From Candidatus Aenigmatarchaeota archaeon (GTDB lineage: Archaea > Aenigmatarchaeota > Aenigmatarchaeia > GW2011-AR5 > JACRMX01): DNA of 56,175 bases. How positions within the stretch are numbered: the stretch's first letter is position 1; every line of letters starts with the position of its first letter. Shown in pieces: positions 49,350-56,175 of the stretch. The notes under the pieces are model-generated. The model did not search any database. It was not told the origin of the DNA and worked only from the letters and a program-made list of their open reading frames with translations. The DNA is taken from contig JAGVVW010000002.1 of NCBI GenBank assembly GCA_018304635.1, positions 1 through 56,175 of the forward strand, written 5' to 3'. Position numbers and translations under genes: made by a program.

Positions 49350-50963
49350 TTACTTTCTCTTCTTTTTTCGAGCAGCCTTCTTCACAGCTTCCTGCTTTGC
49401 CTTTTCAACCCTTTCCTCAATCTTCTTTGGCTTTGGCTCCCATGGTTTGAAGTAGAGCAATGCTATGACAATTACTACTATTATCAATATAACCCACAGC
49501 CACGTATAGTTAACTTCTTCTATCGGTTCTGTACCTTTTATTGTAGTTGTCGTTGTCCCTGCCTCAGCTGCTGTAACTTTTCCTGTTATCAGTGACTGAG
49601 ATTCAATTGATGTTAATTTACCTTTTACCTGATATGACATGTCTTTAGTCTGGCCAGCTGACACTGAATCAAATGTCCATTGAACAACTGGATCAGCTTG
49701 TAGTACAGTCGGCTGTTCACCTATGAATGTTATAAGGTTTGCATTGCCTGCAACTGTCTTTGGTATTACTTCTATAATCTGAACATCCTTCATATTGCGG
49801 TCAGCTGTAAAGGAAATTGTAACTACTGAAACACTTACTTTTTTCCCGGTTGTTTTTGATGTGATATCATATACTTCTAATTTCTTGGTTGCTGTTATAG
49901 AAGTTAGTTCATTGGATTCAAGAGCACTCTTTAATTCTCTCAGTGTCTGAAGAACCGTATCATCTGTTGCACTTGCTATTATTGAATCCAGCATACTTGT
50001 TGTTACTGTACTTGAAGATGTTAGAGTTGCTGTCTTTTCAACATCTACATCTGCACTTGATAACAATTCCATACCTAAATCAGCAGGATTTATGGATTTC
50101 AGTAATTTCTCTATTAAAGGTATATCTACAATCTTTAGGGTTGTTGTTGGTGATGTTTCATCACCACCGCTGCCTCCATCTATAACACTGCTGCCGCCAA
50201 CACCTGACAATGTAGTTGTTGTCGAAGCTGTTGTAGTTGTTGTCGAAGACTGAGTAAGTGTGAACGAAGCGGTGCTTATTAATGTATCAGACAGTGAATC
50301 AGCATCGCTACTGTCAGGCATTGTAACTTTAAAAACAGATTTATATGTTCCTGTTGACCATGTACTCGGAACAGTCATCAATATAGTGAATTTCATAGAA
50401 ACATCGCCAACAGAATAACTATAAGCTTCTGCTGTCTCATTCCATTCATAGCCACTATAACCATAACCATTGCCATCATCTCCAAACAATGTATTATCAT
50501 AAGCACTTGACCAATAATATCCATCATAGCCATGATCAAATGAATCAGTTGCATTTGCAAGATAAGCAACATAACCATAAGCATAACCAAAGCCAAATGA
50601 AGTACTGCGTGTCATATTCACAACAAGGCTTACTGTATTATTACTAGAATCAGTACAGTTAACTTGGTTATTCAAATAACCAGCACTGTTTATCGGTATT
50701 AAACAATTATTGATATTAGTCGAACCCTGAATTGTTAATGTCAGATTTTTAATAGGAACATGTTCTCCGTTTGCAATTGAAATGTTAGCTGTTATCAATA
50801 CTGTCTCGCCTGGTTCATAATATCCATCGCCATCGCCATCATTTGCTGTAGCTGTCATTACTATATTTAATGCAGAAACAGGACCTGAAACTATCAGTAA
50901 AGTAAATACAATCAATGCACAAAAGATGCCTATGAGTTTTTTGAGGCGATTATCCAATTTCAT
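49350..50963 (-). CDS. Cell-surface / probable S-layer glycoprotein
   Basis: Signal peptide (VSA-L), DGDGDG loop, Gly/Tyr-rich segment, many N-x-S/T sequons (NIS, NLT, NCT, NNT, NMT, NAT, NET), Thr/Ser linkers, C-terminal TM and basic tail. Confidence 0.72.
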   Translation of the reverse strand: MKLDNRLKKLIGIFCALIVFTLLIVSGPVSALNIVMTATANDGDGDGYYEPGETVLITANISIANGEHVPIKNLTLTIQGSTNINNCLIPINSAGYLNNQVNCTDSSNNTVSLVVNMTRSTSFGFGYAYGYVAYLANATDSFDHGYDGYYWSSAYDNTLFGDDGNGYGYSGYEWNETAEAYSYSVGDVSMKFTILMTVPSTWSTGTYKSVFKVTMPDSSDADSLSDTLISTASFTLTQSSTTTTTASTTTTLSGVGGSSVIDGGSGGDETSPTTTLKIVDIPLIEKLLKSINPADLGMELLSSADVDVEKTATLTSSSTVTTSMLDSIIASATDDTVLQTLRELKSALESNELTSITATKKLEVYDITSKTTGKKVSVSVVTISFTADRNMKDVQIIEVIPKTVAGNANLITFIGEQPTVLQADPVVQWTFDSVSAGQTKDMSYQVKGKLTSIESQSLITGKVTAAEAGTTTTTIKGTEPIEEVNYTWLWVILIIVVIVIALLYFKPWEPKPKKIEERVEKAKQEAVKKAARKKKRK

Positions 50964-50970
50964 AATTCTA

Positions 50971-51012
50971 ACTCCTTACAATATTTATCTTTCCAAGAGT
51001 ATATAAACTTTT
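50971..51012 (-). promoter_or_regulatory. Consensus BRE-TATA promoter and RBS of the surface protein gene
   Basis: Minus strand aaaagTTTATATA at 51012-51000 and AGGAG about 8 nt upstream of the ATG. Confidence 0.65.
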
Positions 51013-51029
51013 CTGTGTAAAAATATTCA

Positions 51030-51551
51030 ATGAAAATATTTGATTTTGAAATGCACTTTGCTTATATTTTGATATTTCTTCTGATATTAGCCATAGGAAG
51101 CGCATTTCTCGGATTAATATTTGCACAAGCTATACTTGGTAGTATTTATGTCTTGTTTGTTCCTGGATTTTTTATAACTTATGCCATGTTCCCGAAAAAA
51201 GAAATTGATAAATTAGAAAGAATCATACTTTCCATTGCACTCAGCATTTCAATTGTACCCGTAATAATACTCATGACAAATATAATGTTCGAATTTCTCA
51301 TACGCATAACTACTATATTCCTATATATTGCAATAATTTCATCCATAAGTTTATTCGTTTATTTTCACAGAACTGACAAAAATCTGAACAGTGTCATATC
51401 ACTTGCAGCAGCATTATTTATGACACTTGTTATAATATTCCTGTCAGAACAGATTTTACATATAAGATTTTTCATTGCAATAGCAGGAACAATTGCATTT
51501 TTCACATGGATGTTTTTCATGAGACATAAAAAACATACGAAGGGAAAGTAG
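51030..51551 (+). CDS. DUF1616-like membrane protein
   Basis: LFVPGF..TYAMFP..EIDKLERIILSIALSI motif. Confidence 0.75.
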   Translation: MKIFDFEMHFAYILIFLLILAIGSAFLGLIFAQAILGSIYVLFVPGFFITYAMFPKKEIDKLERIILSIALSISIVPVIILMTNIMFEFLIRITTIFLYIAIISSISLFVYFHRTDKNLNSVISLAAALFMTLVIIFLSEQILHIRFFIAIAGTIAFFTWMFFMRHKKHTKGK

Positions 51552-53127
51552 AACGAGGTATTTTTTCTTTTGGCAACTCACATTTTCTTTTTTACAAAAA
51601 AGAAAAGGCAGAAAGAAAGGGTGTGAACATGATTAAAAAATTTTTTGTCAGGCATCATATAGAAATATTTTTGATTCTGATAATTACTTCTATTTTTCTT
51701 CTGAATTTTGGGTTATATCATTATGACTACAGGTTCCCTCTTCATGCAGATGATTGGATACATATCTCGGTTGCAAATGACGTAACAACCGGCAGGACAA
51801 TAAATGAACTTGACCCCTATTTCAATGAAAATATAATGTTTTATCCTCGCGGATTTCATGTAATGTTGGCTGAAATTTCAAAAATGTCAGGCCTTGACAT
51901 GGTTGATATCGCAAGGTTTTTCCCGGCTGTTTTTCAGTCTATACTTGCATTAAGTATATTTTTACTGCTGAAGAAAATAGTTCATCCTTATGCTGGTTTG
52001 TTCGGCGCATTTGCCGTAATTACTTTGCGTACACATCCGACAATTCTCGGGCCTGCTCTTCTTGTTCCATTAAACTTTGGCTTGATTTTAGTTCCAGTAA
52101 TGTTATACTTTTTTATACGGGGATATGAAACCAAGAAGCCAGTGTGGTTTTTTCTCGGAATGAGTATATGGTTCGTTATTTTCAGTTTTCATTTTTCATC
52201 ATTTATAATAACGACATTTATTGGAGTAATAAGTCTGACGGAAATAGCTTTTTTAAAAGAAAGAATGAAAGCTATGAAAGCTATATTAATAAGCGGTGTT
52301 GCATTCGCAGTTTTGATGGCATTGTTTATGATTCGTTTTTACAAGACTGATATAATTAAGACGATTACAGGTCTCGTACAAAGCAGCGGTTCAATCATAA
52401 TATCGCCATTCTCTCCGTTATTTCTTGTAAACTATCTAATAGCTGGTTTTGCATTAATCGGGTTGATTTATTTATTAACACGATATAAAGTAGGCCATGT
52501 TACAATTTTAGGATGGACTATATTTATTTTCTTCGATCTCTATTTATTTTTCCAGAGCGGTGGAACATTTATTTCCTATGAACGCAGCGTGTTTTACGCT
52601 ACAGAGGTTTTAATTATTTTGGGAGCAATCGGATTATACTATGTTGCAGATTTTTTCAGAACATACCCAAAGGGTCTGAAGTATATACCTATAATCATAT
52701 TTTGCAGTGTTCTATTACTGTCGTTTTATGTAAATGTATATGAAGGCAGAACATATATTTATCACCTGATATCAGAAGAACAATTTCAGACATACAAATG
52801 GCTTGGCGAAAATTATGGCGGATCAAAGTTTCTTACTAATCACCTGCATTCGCTTTCACTGCCTTATTTTCATTTAAAGCCGGTTCAGGTATCGCCAATG
52901 CATGCAGTGCCAACTGGTGCATTCAGCGAATTCGGCCAGGACTATTATACACGGGACGTCGATTATCTTTATGAAAAAATGAAAAAATATGATGCCACTT
53001 TGATATATGCTGTTGGCTTGGACCCTGAAAGATTTGAAAAAGTTTATGACAACCCGCCGATATACAGGATTAAGTGATTAAAATAAGTAGAGGACCTTGA
53101 AAAACTCCTACCGAAGGGAAAGTAGAA
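51538..53127. repeat. 16-bp direct repeat flanking the 51623-53077 gene
   Basis: cgaagggaaagtagaa at 51538-51553 and 53112-53127. Confidence 0.8.
51623..53077 (+). CDS. Multi-pass membrane protein, GT-C-like
   Basis: HADDWIH after TM1, YPRGFH, ER, C-terminal soluble domain (YKWL...FEKVYDN..IY). Confidence 0.62.
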   Translation: MNMIKKFFVRHHIEIFLILIITSIFLLNFGLYHYDYRFPLHADDWIHISVANDVTTGRTINELDPYFNENIMFYPRGFHVMLAEISKMSGLDMVDIARFFPAVFQSILALSIFLLLKKIVHPYAGLFGAFAVITLRTHPTILGPALLVPLNFGLILVPVMLYFFIRGYETKKPVWFFLGMSIWFVIFSFHFSSFIITTFIGVISLTEIAFLKERMKAMKAILISGVAFAVLMALFMIRFYKTDIIKTITGLVQSSGSIIISPFSPLFLVNYLIAGFALIGLIYLLTRYKVGHVTILGWTIFIFFDLYLFFQSGGTFISYERSVFYATEVLIILGAIGLYYVADFFRTYPKGLKYIPIIIFCSVLLLSFYVNVYEGRTYIYHLISEEQFQTYKWLGENYGGSKFLTNHLHSLSLPYFHLKPVQVSPMHAVPTGAFSEFGQDYYTRDVDYLYEKMKKYDATLIYAVGLDPERFEKVYDNPPIYRIK

Positions 53128-53195
53128 AAAATTATGACAGCAAAAATTTTTCAGACGTCAGAGTTAACAATTTTCTCACATTTCTTAGAAATAAT

Positions 53196-53411
53196 TCACG
53201 ACGTCACGCTTTTTTCCACATCGCTCATGTCTTTTTCTATGCCAGCTATATCCTTGTTGATTTCAGATAATTTTTTCTGCGCCTCTTCCTGACTTTGAAT
53301 AGATGTTTTAATAGTAGTGGTTGGCTGGGAAATTTGTTGCTGTGTACATCCAGCTACCAAGACTAAAGAAAACAAAACAAACCCGACCAAAACCAAACCC
53401 GAAACTTTCAT
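53196..53411 (-). CDS. Small lipoprotein
   Basis: Hydrophobic signal with lipobox VAGC, then coiled coil. AGAAGG upstream of the ATG. Confidence 0.75.
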   Translation of the reverse strand: MKVSGLVLVGFVLFSLVLVAGCTQQQISQPTTTIKTSIQSQEEAQKKLSEINKDIAGIEKDMSDVEKSVTS

Positions 53412-53456
53412 ATATACCTTCTCTTTAATTTTAAATTATTTTTCCCATCTTTTAAA

Positions 53457-53542
53457 TTATATCTCTCCTTCTATTTAATTGTTATATCTCTCCTTCTATT
53501 TAATTGTTATAGTTGCCATATTTAATAATTACTCTCCTTCTA
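53457..53542. repeat. 25-bp tandem duplication plus a partial third copy
   Basis: ttatatctctccttctatttaattg at 53457-53481 and 53482-53506. ctctccttctat again near 53531-53542. Confidence 0.9.
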
Positions 53543-53543
53543 T

Positions 53544-55967
53544 CTACCTCATAAGATCTTCATACATTCTGTCATATTCTTCTTTGCTTATCTCGCCGCG
53601 GGCATATCGTTGTTTGAGAATGCTCATCGCATCTGGCTCCTGAGACATCTGAGATTGCTGTGATGGTGGCTGTGATGGCCCGCCAGGACCTTCTCCTGGA
53701 TACATTTCCATAAGCTCTCTTAAAGTTCCTTCACAGTGCGCACTAATCCATTCTTTATTTGGCGGTCCCCCTGCCGGCAGTGTAAAAACACCACGAACAT
53801 TGGGCTGTATTGAACATATCATATCAGCATCTGGCTCCCTGGCATATATTTTAATTTCACAATTTCCATCTTTTAAGCCTATGATAGTTAATGTAGCGTC
53901 CCTGTCCGGATTAGCTGTAACATCTGGTGTGCATTTCATGAAATCTTTTATAAATCGGGCCATATCTGAGCCATAGTTCTTACTTTCTGCTGCTTTACTT
54001 CCAACATCAGCGCCAAACAACGCACCAACAACCCGCTGTGTAAGAGTGAGTTTTACCTCGTCAAATCTTGTAAATATATCATTTAAGTCATTTTTTGTCA
54101 AACCCGGTCTCTGCAATTCTTGTCCAACTGCATCTATCTCAGGTCCGATAGAATCCAAAATACTTGCAGCTAATTTAAAGCGCTCAGCCATTTCTTTATC
54201 ATCTGCACCCTCATAATAACCAGCCAAGTCTATAAGTTTTGGTTTTAATTCATTTTTAAGTTTTGCTTTCAATTCAATTAATTTAAGAGCAGCACTAAGT
54301 ACATCCTCTGAAGAAGGCATTTTATCAAATCTTCTTACATTGTATTCAACAGCCTCATTTTCAAGACCAATACATCTAACAATTTGTATACACGGACTGT
54401 TTTCGTAATTTTGTATAACAAGCTCTCCTCCTCTGTTTTGACAATCTTTTACAACTGAGGGAATTTGTTCATTCAGGTCTTTCAGGCATTTTTTAACACT
54501 ATCCTCATTAAAAGGCTCGCATAAATATTCATCACACTGTCTAGCACCGGCAAAGAAATTAGTAATCATGTTTTTAGAACTACACTCATCAACAGCATGT
54601 TTAACTCTTTCAAATTCAACCCTGCAGGTGCGTAATCTTTGCTCATCATAATTTCCCTCGGATTGAATATAGTTTTCTTGTTCATATGGCTGAGATGCAT
54701 ACTTTCTTTGCTCTTCGCAGCGAATTACTGAGCAGCCATTTGAATCTCTTTCAGACATCGACCGTAAACCACGTTTTTCGCATTCCATGGCATATTTATC
54801 TAATTCAGCCATATTAGGACACATTATTTCAGCTCTTTGAACAGTAGCAGTAGGCTGTAAAGAAAAGATAGGTCTTGCTTCTTCTTCTCTGGATACACAC
54901 ACTAAATGCTCACAGCCATCCTGACCTCGTTCCCGTACAACTTTTAAAGGGCATTCTTTGCTAAACTGTAATTCATAATTTACATCTATTGGCTTGCACT
55001 GAACCTGCTTTCTGGTTTCACAAATAGTTCGTATCATTCCTGTTGATGGATCTACAATATCACGGCATCCATCAGTACGCACTTCACATGATTTGCATTC
55101 ACATTCATTTGTATTTGAATTATAATAGCATGGAACACTGCGACCATCAGAGCACTTTTGCGGCTCACATCCTCGTGGTGCTCCTCCTACAGTCCCTGCC
55201 TGACTATAAGGAGCTGGACCATATGGTTGCTGCCAACCACAATCATCATGACATTGACCACCTGCTTTTTCATTTGCAGTACAATAACCATCACCACACG
55301 AGCCAGTTGACTGAGTTCTGCAGTCAGGATCACCAGGACAGCCTTCAGGACAATAATTATCAGGAATACTGCTGCATGTTATTGGCGGCTGCGGAACAAC
55401 AGACACAGAATCACTGCAATCTCGCGGACAATAAACTCTTCCACTTCTTTCAGCATCATCACACTTTCCATCACCGCACCATTGCTGTTCAGGGTATTCA
55501 GACTTTGCAGAGCATTCAGCATCAGGCGGATTAAAACATCCAGCAGGACAAACACCATCACCAGAAATACATGCTATTGGATTATAAACATTAACGGATC
55601 GTTGAATATCTCTACAATAATATTCAAGACAACCATTAGAATTTGTTCTTGCATCATATCTATCAGGACATTGTTTGTATATTTCTTCTTTTTGTCTTGC
55701 TAACTCTTCTGCATCAGGACATACAACAACAGCAGGTCTTTCAATAATTGTTGTAGTTACATCTGTAATAGTTGTTGTAGTTTCCAAAACAATTGTTATT
55801 GGGGCCTGCGTAGTTGTTGGGGCTTCTGTTGTTGTCGGAGCTTCAGTAGTTGTTGTCTCAGTAGTTGTTGGAGCTTCAGTAGTGGTTGTTTCATCCTGCG
55901 CAAAAACAAGAGTGGAAGAAATAAGCACGAAACAAACAAATAGTATTGAAAAAAACTGTTTTCTCAT
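53544..55967 (-). CDS. Secreted Cys-rich protein with Thr-rich N-terminal repeats and C-terminal SHOCT domain
   Basis: Signal peptide (VFA-Q), TTTEAP repeats, CGDGKCD/CGDGYCT and other Cys modules. C-terminus DAMSILKQRYARGEISKEEYDRM is SHOCT-like. Confidence 0.8.
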   Translation of the reverse strand: MRKQFFSILFVCFVLISSTLVFAQDETTTTEAPTTTETTTTEAPTTTEAPTTTQAPITIVLETTTTITDVTTTIIERPAVVVCPDAEELARQKEEIYKQCPDRYDARTNSNGCLEYYCRDIQRSVNVYNPIACISGDGVCPAGCFNPPDAECSAKSEYPEQQWCGDGKCDDAERSGRVYCPRDCSDSVSVVPQPPITCSSIPDNYCPEGCPGDPDCRTQSTGSCGDGYCTANEKAGGQCHDDCGWQQPYGPAPYSQAGTVGGAPRGCEPQKCSDGRSVPCYYNSNTNECECKSCEVRTDGCRDIVDPSTGMIRTICETRKQVQCKPIDVNYELQFSKECPLKVVRERGQDGCEHLVCVSREEEARPIFSLQPTATVQRAEIMCPNMAELDKYAMECEKRGLRSMSERDSNGCSVIRCEEQRKYASQPYEQENYIQSEGNYDEQRLRTCRVEFERVKHAVDECSSKNMITNFFAGARQCDEYLCEPFNEDSVKKCLKDLNEQIPSVVKDCQNRGGELVIQNYENSPCIQIVRCIGLENEAVEYNVRRFDKMPSSEDVLSAALKLIELKAKLKNELKPKLIDLAGYYEGADDKEMAERFKLAASILDSIGPEIDAVGQELQRPGLTKNDLNDIFTRFDEVKLTLTQRVVGALFGADVGSKAAESKNYGSDMARFIKDFMKCTPDVTANPDRDATLTIIGLKDGNCEIKIYAREPDADMICSIQPNVRGVFTLPAGGPPNKEWISAHCEGTLRELMEMYPGEGPGGPSQPPSQQSQMSQEPDAMSILKQRYARGEISKEEYDRMYEDLMR

Positions 55968-55990
55968 ATAAAAATAATGGGCACGGGTGG

Positions 55991-55999
55991 TATATAAAC
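55991..55999 (-). promoter_or_regulatory. TATA box of a probably leaderless transcript
   Basis: Minus strand TTTATATA ending 24 bp upstream of ATG 55967. Confidence 0.55.
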
Positions 56000-56043
56000 G
56001 TTAATCTACAGAAATAAATATTAATTTGATTTTGTCACCTTGA

Positions 56044-56081
56044 ATAAGATACTCTGTTTTATAAGATACTCTGTTTTATAA
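56044..56081. repeat. 17-bp tandem duplication
   Basis: ataagatactctgtttt at 56044-56060 and 56061-56077, then ataa. Confidence 0.9.
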
Positions 56082-56175
56082 TAGTTAGTTCACTAAATAA
56101 TGGAACATTTTAGGTAAAGACTTTTTATCATTGAATGTTTTACGCAAATGATATTTCATCGCAGGCACATTCATC

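Noticed and set aside
55043..55971. Overlapping alternative ORFs within the Cys-rich gene
   Set aside because: Shadows of repetitive Thr/Cys codons.
1..56175. tRNA, rRNA, transposase, integrase or reverse transcriptase genes
   Set aside because: No GC-rich cloverleaf or rRNA-like segment and no DDE, Y1, tyrosine-recombinase or RT motifs were recognised by eye.

Overview
AT-rich archaeal chromosomal segment. It is most consistent with a DPANN-type genome, inferred from compact SepF, UPF0147, prefoldin beta, Rpo12, eL43 and Dph5 genes, TTTAWA boxes and GGTGA/GGAG ribosome-binding sites. (1) 1-3.4 kb: an SNF2 helicase fused to a C-terminal class I SAM-methyltransferase-like domain, translationally coupled to an ORF missing from the track that begins with three 64-aa tandem repeats and runs off the window. 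(2) 3.5-8.3 kb: housekeeping genes whose intergenic gaps hold dispersed bulged hairpins and short tandem duplications. (3) 8.3-53 kb: a very large surface-glycosylation locus. It contains an AglH-like initiating transferase, an inserted AbiE type IV toxin-antitoxin pair, a WbpA/B/E/D/I-like diacetamido-uronic acid pathway, and a legionaminic-acid-like NeuABC/LegBC pathway interleaved with three cobalamin-dependent radical SAM enzymes, a SPASM-type radical SAM, DUF362, a FemAB/GNAT protein and methyltransferases. It also has two SGNH esterases (one frameshifted at an A7 run), a flippase, five GT-C-like membrane proteins and a probable S-layer glycoprotein. (4) 53-56 kb: a lipoprotein and a Cys-rich secreted SHOCT protein. 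No CRISPR array, rRNA, tRNA or transposase was recognised. All product calls are from motif recognition by eye, without database searches.
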